Positions 37,216 through 47,880 of a DNA stretch of 50,150 nucleotides are shown here, piece after piece. The first letter of the stretch is position 1. Every line of letters starts with the position of its first letter. A program made the translations under genes and the position numbers. The notes under the pieces were generated by a model that saw nothing but the letters and a program-made list of their open reading frames with translations, searched no databases and had not been told where the DNA came from. Where the stretch lies: the NCBI RefSeq assembly GCF_004010195.1, contig NC_057719.1, forward strand, positions 19,813,189 through 19,863,338. The letters are read 5' to 3'. Origin of the DNA: Chiloscyllium plagiosum. Its lineage: Eukaryota.

Positions 37216-38761
37216 ATGCCGTCTTTGTTGATAGGTTCAGCGTCCTGTTGTCTGTTCTGTATGTCCAGCAGGTTGGCTATTGTTTCTCTGGCTAGGGTTT
37301 TGTCAATAGAGGTGAACAGTGCCGTAAAGTCGAATGAGACCATATTTTCTTCCTTGTCTATGTGTATATTTCTGATGATGTCTAAGAATTCCTGTGTTGA
37401 CTGATTAGAGTGTCTGGATCCGCTGATCAGTTGTTTCAGTTTCTGCTGTATTTCTTTAGCCTGTTTGTGTGATGGTGTCCCTGGTAGTGATACTATGGGT
37501 CTGAGTGGGATGTCTGGTTTGTGCACTTTAGGTAGTCCATAGAATCTGGGGGTGTTGTTGCTTTCAGGTTTCATTCTTTGTAGGTCCGACCTGGTTATCT
37601 GTCCATTTTTTTGTAGGTTCCTCAGTGTGTTGTTTATCATATTGGTGAGCTGTGGGGTGGGGTCAAACTCCCTCTTTTGGTAGGTGTTGGTATCTGCAAG
37701 TCGTTGTTGTGCTTTTTGGATGACCGACATTCTGCCTTTGTCTGCTGGTAGTATGATTATGTTCTTATCGTTTCTTAGTGATTTTAGTGCTTCCCTCTCC
37801 TTGGTGTTGAGATTATGTGTTTGTCTTTGCCTTGTTATCAGGGATACGATACTTTGTCTCACTGTTTGTTGTGTCTCTTCTGTCAGTCCATTGTTCCTGA
37901 GTGTGCATTCTAGTGCTGCTAGGAAGTCTGCTGTCTTGGCGTCCCTGTGGTTGTACTTGAGTCCCTTGGCACACTCTCATTGCTGACTAATCCTCAAAAA
38001 TAATTTAACCTTAGGAGCGCAAGTAATAGAATTGGCAATAAAACAACTCTCCGGGTGGAATTTTGTAAGGTTCTGATTGACCTTGGATATGGTGAGATGT
38101 ATGGAAAAATCAGGTCACAAGTGTGTCGAGACTTATCTCAACGTTAGGACCATTTCACTCCTACCTTATGCTGTTCACAAGCAGTGATGAGAGACTCTCA
38201 CCAGGCAGTGCTGTGATGTCACTTGACAGTCATTATAGATTGTGAAACACCTTGTTAATGCCACAATTTGTCTCATTAATATTTAGACTCCTACCTTACC
38301 AAACTCACCAGAGCAACTATACATTGGTAAAACTCAACAGTGAAACCAGATTAAGGACATGGCACATTCCAGCTGCCACTTGCGAAAGACCTCCGTGTCA
38401 GAAACTGGGCACCAACATCAATAGCATGCTCCATTGGCACCTGCCACACTCAAACCACATCCATGGACATTGGCATCAACTTGTACCAGCTTTGAGAAAC
38501 CGTCATAGGACATCTCTGTTTCACTTACAGGACACTTCTGCACTTCAATGCTATAATGAGTTGCATCAGCAACTATTGTGATGCTGCAAAAAGGACATTA
38601 TGCTCAAAGACACACATCCAGTTGATGGGCTGGACCAGGTTGCAACTCTGGGTTCTTCACTCACTCTCATTGCACTCACTCACTCACTCTGCGCCTAAGT
38701 GGTTGCTCACAGCCTCACTTTGCCTTGCCAATTGTACTTTTCCCCACACCCAGAGCTACTA

Positions 38762-39090
38762 GGGTGGCATGGTGGCTCAGTGGTTAACACTGCTGCCTCA
38801 CAGTTCCAGGGACCAGGGTTCAATTCCAACCTCAGGTGACTATCTGTGTAGAGTTTGCACATTCTGCATGGGTTTTCTCTGGATGCTCTGTTTTCCCTTC
38901 ATGGTCCAAAGATGTGCAAGTTACATGGATTGGCCATGCTAAATTGCCCATAGTGTTCAGGAATATGTAGGTTAGGTGCATTAGCCACGGGAAGTTGCAG
39001 GGGGGTGAGTCTGTGTGGGATGCTGTGGGATAAGTCATGGGGACTTATTGGGCTGAATGGCCTGCTTCCACACAGTAGGCATTCTATGAT
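38762..39090 (+). mobile_element. HE1-like SINE, full length
   Basis: GGGTGGCATGGTGGCTCAGTGGTT (A box), GGGTTCAATTCC (B box), 3' end GGCTGAATGGCCTGCTTCCACAC..TTCTATGAT. Confidence 0.9.
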
Positions 39091-39269
39091 ACCAGGATCA
39101 CTTAACTGCTGTTTTGCATTGCCATTTAGTGCAGACAAAAAGGCAGCAAGCTTGTCATTTTTACAACAGCAGGCTTCCGTCATGTCTAAGGAGGTAACCT
39201 TTGCTCTGAGAGTCCTGCCACACTAAGTCAATTGCATTCTTCAATACCGGATGAGGCCCTGCTCTGAGT

Positions 39270-39878
39270 GCTCAGAGTCAGCATCCACTTCTCATAAAGG
39301 GTGAGGAGCTGAACAATGGTCAGCACACCATTGTCATGACACTTTCTGCCATATTGTGTGCTGACCATCTGGTTTCCTCCTGCAAAGAGAGAAAGGCAGG
39401 TCTTAAAGGAGATAGATATGGTGGCATAGCTGTTACTTTTTTTTACAGGTCGAGGAGTACCATGGGTTAATAAATAGGCAGCATAGAAATTATGCTGGTT
39501 TGTAGTGTGGCAGTTTGCGATGGGTGAAAGTGAATGGGAAATAGGTTGAAGGCATTAATGAGTGTGGTAGAGCATAAGACTTGTTGGGAGTTATGCATCT
39601 TGTTGGGAGCTGGGTGCAGTAGTAGAGACAGAGTGAGTTTGAGCTAATGGAGAGAAGGAGATGACAGTTGCCATCATGCATTGGAGGAAGGCATTGACTT
39701 TCTACCTGCAATGCTGGGCATCAATCCAGACAGGTGGCAACCTCAGACCCGACTGGCATGTTCTGGTTCATGGCTTCCACTGCTGGACCTGGGGGAGGAG
39801 GAAGTTCTGTGTTGGCATCACTCCATCCAGCAAGGCCTTCCTGGACTCTTCTTTCAAATCTTTCTCCCTATGTGCCAT
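39270..39878 (-). pseudogene. Second decayed spliced Myb/SANT-like gene of PIF/Harbinger type
   Basis: MAHREKDLKEESRKALLDGV..LLPQ../PVGSEVAT/DAQHCR*KVNAFL; acceptor CCTTTCTCTCTTTGCAG at 39380; then SAHNMAE../QLLTLYEK. Confidence 0.62.
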
Positions 39879-40942
39879 GTCAATTATCAGTAACTGTGCA
39901 GGGCAATTCCAGACTGACAATATCTGTCCAGGTATAGAACTGGCTTTTAAAGATGACAAGGGATGCTGGTGAATTCTGGGATATCCAGTGAGTGATGAGC
40001 AATAGGGCAGCATTCTAACACGAGGGATGCAAAATAGGCATGGTAAGTAATTAATGAAGTGAGGTTGGTAAGATAGGGCAACAGAACTCATGAGGCTTTA
40101 TGATGCAAAACATTCCAAACAGCTCAAAGCAAATCAGACTTTGCCAAACAAAAGGATTCAACTCTTTATTTCCGTTTCAGTACTTCAATAGCTTTAAGTG
40201 TCTTGTATTTTCGGACTACACAGTTAAAGTAGTTTTTGTTGTTATTTGATTTTTTTTAAATTGATGTTGCTTTGCTCTTTATAGTTTTCCAGCTTGTTAT
40301 ATTTTTTAACCTACAATGTTACTTTATTGTCCTGCACAGTAACACAGATTATTATTTCCGTTGTATAAAACACATTATTTACATTCAGATTCATCTCCTC
40401 CCCATTGCATGAATAAAACATCCAAAGCTGTTTCTTTGGTATGTATTTTGCTACTCAGGTACAAATATATATTTTATTTATTACTGAAACAACGCATCAA
40501 TAAATTTTTCAACATTTCCATGCTTCTCTGTTTCTTTGCCTCAATAATCTTTCAGATGTTGGTTTGCAAGTCATTCTGATTTTCTCTTTAATTTATTTGT
40601 CATGGTCTGGGTGTTACCTGTCTCTCAGTGATCACACGCCAGCTTGAAAAGATTATAGGATCAACGCCCACTTCAAAAATTCAACTGACACTCCAGCGCA
40701 GATAAGGAGATGAGCTGCACTATTGAGGCACCTGATTTAAGATGAGTTTTCAAATCAGGCAGCTGGATGTATTGCATCTCATAGTGCTTTTTGAAGGAGA
40801 GTAGAGCACTCTAACAAGGGTCTTGACCAATATTTATTCCTCAATTAACATGATTAAAATTGGTGTACAAGTCATTATCACATTGCTATTTATGGAGGTT
40901 TACTGTACACAAGTTGGCTTCAATGCTTCCCATATTACAATG

Positions 40943-41480
40943 TTCATTCCACATGCAAACCACCCTCTGTGGAAAATATTTTCCCCTCATGTCTTTTTAA
41001 AATCTCTCTCCTCTCACCTTGAAGATATGCTCCTTCATCTTGAAATCTCCCATTCTAGGGAAAAGACAGCTACTATTAACTCTGTCTATACCCCTCATGA
41101 TTTTATAAATCTCTATAAGGTCATCTCTCAACCTTCTACGCTCCGGTGAAAAAACTTTTGGTTTATCCAGTCTTTCTTTATTTAAACGTGGTGGAAATTA
41201 CTAATTCTCTCAAATTCACATCTTAATTTACATCAATGTTACATTTTTTTTCTCTCTTCCTCCACCGTTAATAACTCATTTGTCTTTTTCTCTGGGCCTC
41301 TGCCTTTGTCAAAATTATATATAAAAGGAAACATTTTCCAAAACCTTGTAGCTTTGAAAAAGAATCACACTAGACTCAAAACATTAACTCTGTTTCTCTC
41401 TCCACAGATACTTCCACACCAGCTGAGTTTTCCAGCATTGTATTTAATTCAGATTTCCAGCATCAGTGGCATTTTGCCCT
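40943..41480 (+). repeat. Composite copy (antisense CR1 piece, spacer, PLE-type tail) paralogous to 34128-35135, 10 bp TSD
   Basis: TATTACAATG at 40933-40942 and 41481-41490; colinear with 34128-34365 plus 34813-35135. Confidence 0.85.
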
Positions 41481-41514
41481 TATTACAATGGACATTACAC
41501 TTCTTAAGTGTGTT

Positions 41515-41802
41515 GGTTAGATTAGGTTCCCTACAGTATGGAAACAGGCCCTTTGGCCCAGCAAGTCCACACCGACCCTCCGAAGAGTAACCCACCCAGA
41601 CCCATTTCCCTACCCTATATTCATGGTCAATTCACCTGACCATCTCTGAATTGTGGGAAGAAATCAGAGCACCCAGAGGAACCCCACGCATACACGGTGA
41701 ATGTGCAAACTCCACACTGACAGTCGCCAGAGGCAGGAATCGACCCCAGGTTGCTGGCACTGTGAGGCAGTAGTGCTAACCACTGAGCCACCGTGCCACC
41801 CC
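41515..41802 (-). mobile_element. HE1-like SINE
   Basis: Minus strand GGGTGGCACGGTGGCTCAGTGG head; AATCT-type tail. Confidence 0.88.
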
Positions 41803-42646
41803 ATTTTATTGGCTGTAATGTACGGAGTAATGAAAGGCACTATAAATGCAAGTTTTTCTTTTAATTCTTAGTGGTTTCTTTTGACACACTCCAATTATCA
41901 AAAGAAATCCCAATTCTGCTTTCAAAATAGAAAAATACAAGAATGCTCGGGATCAGGAGCATGAAGACACAATCAGGAGATCTTGTAGATGGCATTCCGG
42001 CCTCAGAGCAAGCATCTCTGTGTTTGAGTCTTACCTGAGGACATGACATCCAAAGAAGGTATATTCATAATGTACCACCTGCATATCCTAAAGAGTATTT
42101 AGGTGCTTATATGGTCCAGTGTGTACGAAGGTACCCTCCTTATGGTCCAATGAGAAGAGACTTGAAAACAACATGTAGTTTGTTGCTTATTTGCATGTTA
42201 CTAAAAATAAAACTCACCATGAAGATCTAGCCTTGGGTTTGCCTTCAATGATATCTAACTTTATTCTCCATCTCATGTTAACCTCACTGTGTGTGGTGCT
42301 TATTGCCTCAATCATGTAAAAACCATTTCAAACTTTACCAGACCATATACAACATCTCCCATGAAGCTTTTCACTGATAATTATTGCTGTACATTTGTTA
42401 ATATAATTACATTCATCATTACTCTATCTACTCCCACAACCTTTGACCTCACAAATTCAGATAATCTGGTGGTTTCTTAATTCTCCCTGAAAATGTTCTC
42501 TTTAGACATGGAAGAGTGGTGTTTTTTGGGTAAAAGATAGCTGTCTTGGACAGTCTTTCTGAAGGCCTGAGATCTGAGGTTTTCCTCTTTTATTAGGTAC
42601 AACATTTGGTTCATCCCCATTAATAACATGATGATGGCTCAACCGT

Positions 42647-42688
42647 AATAGTTCTTTAATACTGCCCAATGGTTCTTTAATACTGCCC
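42647..42688. repeat. 21 bp tandem duplication
   Basis: AATAGTTCTTTAATACTGCCC / AATGGTTCTTTAATACTGCCC. Confidence 0.85.
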
Positions 42689-42999
42689 TCTTCAACTCAA
42701 GGTACAATATACAATGTTGATTTACATCTTCATATACAATCACAGCTTCTTTCTTTAAATCCCTCATCCACATCTGTAGTTCTATTCATAGCTCGAGCAA
42801 ATTAATCTCATGGCAACATGTATGGCCTGTTGAGTGCATTTACATTGGCCTCAAGCATGTACTGCTTGAAATCAAGAAAATTAAGGGGTGCAGCCAATTT
42901 CTTAGTCAGGATATGGAGCTGGATCCTCAACTTCTCTCCATCAGTAATACTTATCATGTTAGATTGCATTGGAGTGATGTGGACCTATAATTCAACAGT

Positions 43000-44272
43000 G
43001 TTATTTGAAATCAGAACTCTTGAATTTCTTCTTGAATGCCTCAGTTTAACCTGCTTCCATAAAAATTTCAGGCTGTCCATTCCACACCCTAACTGCATGC
43101 TGAGTGAAACAGTATTTTCTTACATTACCCTTGCTTCTTTCATAGATCTCTTCAAAATTAAGCCCTCTTATTATTTGTTTATGAGTTGAAACAGTATCTC
43201 CCAACAGATTCTATCCAACTTGCTCATGATTTTGAAAGTTTCCATCAGATTTCTCAAGAAGCCCCAACTTCTTTAGACTATCCTCATAGCTGAAGTTCCC
43301 TGAACCATTCTTGTAAAATGGTCCTGCACTCTCTCTAATGCATGCACATCTTTCCTATAATGTGGCGCCAATAACTGCACACAGTGTACCAGCAGAGGGC
43401 TAACAATTGTCCACAGAAGTTTAATATCACCTCCGTGCTCTTCCATTCTAAGCCTCTATTACTAAAGTAGAGGACTCTATGTGCTTTACCTACTGCTGTC
43501 TCTGCCAATATTGTCACTTCCAATGACCTGTGCACAAAAACACTGAGGTGTCCCTGCATCTGTAGCCCCCTTAGAATTTTAGCCCTATTTTATTTGTCTT
43601 TCAAAATTCTTCCGCCTCAATGCATCACCTGACACTTCCCTTCTTTAAAACCCATTTGCCACCTATCTGTCCCCAACTTGTCTAAGTTCTTCTCGAGTTC
43701 TACACTGTCTTCCTCACAGTTTACAATGCTTCCAAGTTTTGTGTTATCTACAAAATTTGAAATTTCTTCCTAAATCATTATTATATATCAGAAAAGACAG
43801 AAAACATAACCCAACCCCGGGAGAACTCCATACAAACCTTCCTCCAGCCTGAAAAATATCTATTACACTCTGTTTCCTATCAATACTTGTCAATTTTCTA
43901 TCTATGTTGCATCTAGCCCTATTATTCTCTGACCTATAAATTTCCTTAGAAGTTTGTTATGTGGTGCTGTATCAAATGTCTTATGAAAGTCAAAAACAGA
44001 AATTGCTGGAGGAACTCAGCAGGGCTGTCAACATTTAATGAGAGAAAGCAAAATTAAGATTTCATATCTAGTGACCCTGTTTCAGAACTGTTTCAAACGT
44101 TCAGCATCCGCAGTTCTTTGTTAGAATGTAATGTCTTCTGAAAGCCCATGTGCACCACATCAAAGCATAACGCTCATCAAATCTTTGTGTTACCTCTTCA
44201 AAAAAAAAATCCACCAAGTTAGTTAAAGACAATTTCCTTTTTAGAAATCCATACTGACTCTGTCTAATCAAC
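43000..44272 (-). mobile_element. Decayed CR1 RT region
   Basis: QGHLSVFVHRSL..RGLEWKSTEV; ISNFVDNTKLG; LIRQSQYGF-like motif at the palindrome insertion site. Confidence 0.75.
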
Positions 44273-44497
44273 TAGGAGAAAGTGAGGACTGCAGAGCTGG
44301 AGATCAGAGCTGAAAAATGTGTTGCTGGAAAAGCGCAGCAGGTCAGGCAGCATCCAAGGAGCAGGAGAATCGACGTTTTGGGCATAAGCTCTTCTTCAGA
44401 ATGATTCCTGAAGAAGGGCTTATGCCCGAAACGTCGATTCTCCTGCTCCTTGGATGCTGCCTGACCTGCTGCGCTTTTCCAGCAACACATTTTTCAG
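44273..44497. mobile_element. Second palindromic PLE-derived mini-element (opposite orientation)
   Basis: Arms ~44310-44399 and ~44408-44497 plus tail 44273-44309; TSD CTAATCAAC 44264-44272 / 44504-44512 (15 bp with 2 mismatches: 44258-44272 / 44498-44512). Confidence 0.92.
44404..44439 (+). ncRNA. Minimal type I hammerhead ribozyme motif
   Basis: Identical to 28838-28873; the mirror copy on minus has G12 changed to A and a stem II substitution. Confidence 0.78.
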
Positions 44498-45039
44498 CTC
44501 TCCCTAATCAACCCATCTTTATCCATGTAAGTACTAAGCACATCATACACTCATTGGTAAACTGGAATATTTGTTTTGCTAAGTAGGTTAATGATGCTAA
44601 AGTTGTCAGTCTCATCATGAAACAATCTAAAGCATTTCTATTTAAAAACAGAGGATTTGATTAATCCCATACACAACAATTAAGTTAAAGTACATATTTT
44701 TATTACGGCTCACATTTTTCTGGCAATTTGGCATCTTTATATCTGAACAGAAGGGAAGACAATGACGGGCATATAAAGCAAACAAAGGGTTGTAATAATC
44801 AGGACTTGAATTCTCAAGGTCCACAATACTGAAAGGTTCCTTACTCGCAAATGAAGAAATATTCTGACCTCAAGCAAAGTAAGGTTGGTATCCATACTTA
44901 CTGGCCCATGACATTCAATCCATCAGAAGTCTCAACATTAAAGGAAATAGGGAATAAATAGATTAGGTGTTACTTTGTTGTTTCAGATTTTTCAATTGAA
45001 CAGAAGACTTAAACAACAACAAATGGCACTGTTGTATTA

Positions 45040-45430
45040 TTAGTATGATAGTGTAAGTATTAGTAGTGAAAGTAGGCCACTGTTCCAATTTATTCCGCAC
45101 TTGCTTTGAGTAGAACAATCCAGTCTGTTTGATGCCTTTGCTCCAATGTAATGGCCCAGCATTCTTCCAGTGCCCCACCAATTTACTTTTGAAATAACTA
45201 ATGATCTCCACTTCCACCACTCTCATCAGTAACAAGTTCCAAGTGATTACCATTCACTTTGTAACAAAAATGCTATTCCTCATAACTCCCACTCATGCTC
45301 AAAACCTTAAATCTGCAACACTTCGAATGATCAAGTTTTATTTGTCTATCTTATCGAAGCATGTCATAATCTTCGATGCCACTATTAAATCTGCCAATCT
45401 CCTTTGCTCCACAGAAATAAATCTCAACAT
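45040..45430 (-). mobile_element. Decayed CR1 3' end
   Basis: MVITWNLLLMRVVEVEIISYFKSKL. Confidence 0.65.
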
Positions 45431-45835
45431 GCTCTCATTTTAATAAAATGAATATTTTGGATTCTAATAACAAGTGTAGACCTCAGCTGATTGGAATATT
45501 TAAACATGTCCTGTTTGTTTTTGGAGTGCTGGATATTCCAGTTAAGATTTGCCTTAAAACTTGATTCAGGCAATAATTAGGCCCACAAATCCAAACTGAA
45601 TAATAAGTGACCAACACCACCCTAGTACTCCTTTGACTTTCTAATGGCTTATTTTACTTGATCCACTCATCATTAGATGAGCGTCAATATTGTGCCAGTC
45701 TTGAGGCGGTTACAGAGATAGAGATGGTTGAAGCTGGTAAGGGATTCGAAAAGTAAGAAGAGAATATTAAGATCAAATAAACATTAAATATTGCAGAAAC
45801 TGGGCATATGAAATAAAAACAGAAAGTGCTGGAGA

Positions 45836-46140
45836 AAAGAAAAAAGAAAATGTACAGCCCAGGAACAGGCCCTTCAGCCCTCCAAGCCTGAGCCGATCCA
45901 AATCTACTGTCTAAACCTGTCGCCCAATTCCTAAGCATCTGTATCTCTCTGCTCCCCACCTACTCATGCATCTGTCCAGACACATCTTAAATGAATCTAC
46001 CGTGCCTGCCTCTACCACCTCTGCTGGCAACACGCTCCAGACATCCGCCACCCTCTGTGTGAAGTACTTGCTGCGTGTATCCCCCTTAAACTTTTCACCT
46101 CTCACCTTGAAAGCATGACCTCTCGTTATTGAATCCTTCT
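45836..46140 (-). mobile_element. CR1 3' fragment, same subfamily as 20635-23583
   Basis: Close reverse-complement match to 23275-23570. Confidence 0.92.
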
Positions 46141-46419
46141 AAAACACCTGTTTACATGTCTGATGGGCTCACGTTAACAGATGACACGGATCAGTTTTCT
46201 GTACTTAATAAGAACTAATATAACCACAGATAGACAACTATGAACTGTCAATGTATATTTCTACTAATTAGAACTCTAACCACCTTGTAAAACCCCACCA
46301 CACACATACAATTCAAAACGCATAGCCAAAAAAAAAAGTGCTAAGGATGGAAAGAAGGAAGTCACTGGGAAACAATTCAATAGTGCCAGTCCTCAGGATT
46401 CAATAGCCAGGTCCTTTTC

Positions 46420-47159
46420 AACCAACCCAACCTCCACTCCCGGCACCTTCCCTTGCAACCGCAGGAGGTGCAACACTTGCGCCCACACCTCCCCCCTCAC
46501 TTCTCTCCAAGGCCCCAAAGGAAACTTCCATATCCGCCACAGATTCACCTGCACCTCCACCCACATTATCTACTGCATCCGCTGCAGCCGGTGTGGCCTC
46601 CTCTATATTGGGGAGACAGGCCGCCTACTTGCGGAGCGATTCAGAGAGCACCTCTGGGCCACCCGGACGAACCAACCCAATCACCCTGTAGCACAGCATT
46701 TCAACTCCCCCTCCCACTCCACCGAGGATATGCAGGTCATTGGACTCATCCACCGCCAAACCACAACAACGCGACGGTCGGAGGAGGAGCGTCTTATCTT
46801 CCGACTGGGAACCCTCCAACCACAGGGGATGAACTTGGACTTCACCAGTTTCTTCATCCCCCCTCCCCCCACCTTGTCTCAGCCGAATCCCTCCAGCCCG
46901 GCACCGCCTTCCTGACCTGCAGTCTTCTTCTTGACCTCTCCGCCTCCACCCTACTCCGACCTATCACCTTCACCTTGACCTCTTTCCACCTATCACATTT
47001 CCAACGCCCCTCCTCCAAGTCCCTCCTCCCTACCTTTTATCTTCTCCTGCTGAACACTCTCTGCTCATTCCTGAAGAAGGGCATGTGCCCGAAACGTCGA
47101 ATCTTCTGTTCCCTAGATGCTGCCTGACCTGCTGTGCTGTTCCAGCAATAAAGTTTCAG
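46420..47159 (+). mobile_element. Neptune-type PLE, 5'-truncated: open Zn-finger plus GIY-YIG frame and 3' repeat
   Basis: Frame from 46442: GTFPCNRRRCNTCAH..IIYCIRCSRCGLLYIGETGR..RFREH..VAQHF..EERLIFRLGTLQPQGMN; possible TSD CCTTTTC 46413-46419 / 47160-47166. Confidence 0.93.
47067..47102 (+). ncRNA. Minimal type I hammerhead ribozyme motif, all elements intact
   Basis: AUUC CUGAAGA A GGGC-AUGU-GCCC GAA ACGU C GAAU; stem I AUUC/GAAU; predicted cut after 47098. Confidence 0.85.
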
Positions 47160-47197
47160 CCTTTTCTTTCCCAAGCCCTTCAATCCTTTGATGTTTT

Positions 47198-47529
47198 ATA
47201 GAATCCCTATAGTGTGGAAACAGGCTGTTCAGGCCAACAAGTCCACACCAACCCTCCGAAGAGTAATCCATCTAGATCCATTCCCCAACCTATTATTCTA
47301 TATTTACCCCTGACTAATGCACCTAACCCACACATCCCTGAACACTATGGGCAACTTAGTATGGCCAATTCACCTGACCTGAACATCTTTGGACTTTGTG
47401 AGGAAACCAGAGCACCCGGCAGAAACCCACGCAGACACGGGGAGAATGTGCAAACTCCACATAGACACTTGGAATTGAACCTGGGTCCCTGGCGCTGTAA
47501 GGCAGTAGTGCTAACCACCGTGCCGCCCT
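47198..47529 (-). mobile_element. HE1-like SINE, full length
   Basis: Minus strand GGGCGGCACGGTGG head, GGTTCAATTCC B box. Confidence 0.9.
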
Positions 47530-47705
47530 GAATGTTTTCATTCAGGTTCTTTCATATCTTCCCAGGAGGTACAGAGTGATTGATTCACAAATTAAAAATT
47601 CTTTGAAACAAACGCAGGAATTGCTGGAAAAGCACAATGGCTCTAGCCGCATCTGTGGAGAGAAATGGAGGGATGGTGCTTCGGGTCCAAAGTTCATTCC
47701 TCAGA

Positions 47706-47880
47706 ATATGGGGGTGCCAGCGTTGGACTGGGGTGGACAAAGTCAGAAGTCACACGACACCAGGTTATAGTCGAGCAGGTTTATTAGAAATAACAAGTTT
47801 TCGGAGCAGTGCCCCTTCATCAGGTGAAATTATTATTGATCAAAGGCAGTTGTCCAAAAGCTTGTGATTTCTAAGAAACC
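47706..47880 (-). mobile_element. PLE 3' end (second family) with hammerhead motif and a short inverted remnant
   Basis: Minus CAC CUGAUGA A GGGGC-ACU-GCUCC GAA AACU U GUU at 47792-47826; plus-strand TCCAAAAGCTTGTGATTTC at ~47853-47871. Confidence 0.75.

Larger units (their letters stand above)
36298..37970 (-). mobile_element. Penelope/Poseidon-type PLE spanning an N gap
   Basis: IIILPADKG, FYGLPKVHK..LRPIVS, MVSFDFTALFTSI; GIY-YIG C-terminus REFLEAWHS; hammerhead at the 3' end. Confidence 0.95.
40620..41861 (+). mobile_element. Ancient Deu-domain SINE (SacSINE1-like) split by two insertions
   Basis: Body 40620-40942, resumes 41481-41514 and 41803-41861, ending GAAAGGCACTATAAATGCAAG. Confidence 0.7.

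Noticed and set aside
36401..37862. Long ORFs of 222-398 aa
   Set aside because: N-gap artefacts; only the minus-strand PLE RT part is meaningful
38762..38835. tRNA gene
   Set aside because: tRNA-like head runs directly into SINE body and tail and recurs in many copies
41931..42058. Plus-strand exon candidate between AATAG and GTATAT
   Set aside because: Stops in all three frames and weak splice sites
46453..47127. 224 aa Pro/His-rich ORF
   Set aside because: Alternative frame over a C-rich PLE; the GIY-YIG is in the frame starting at 46442
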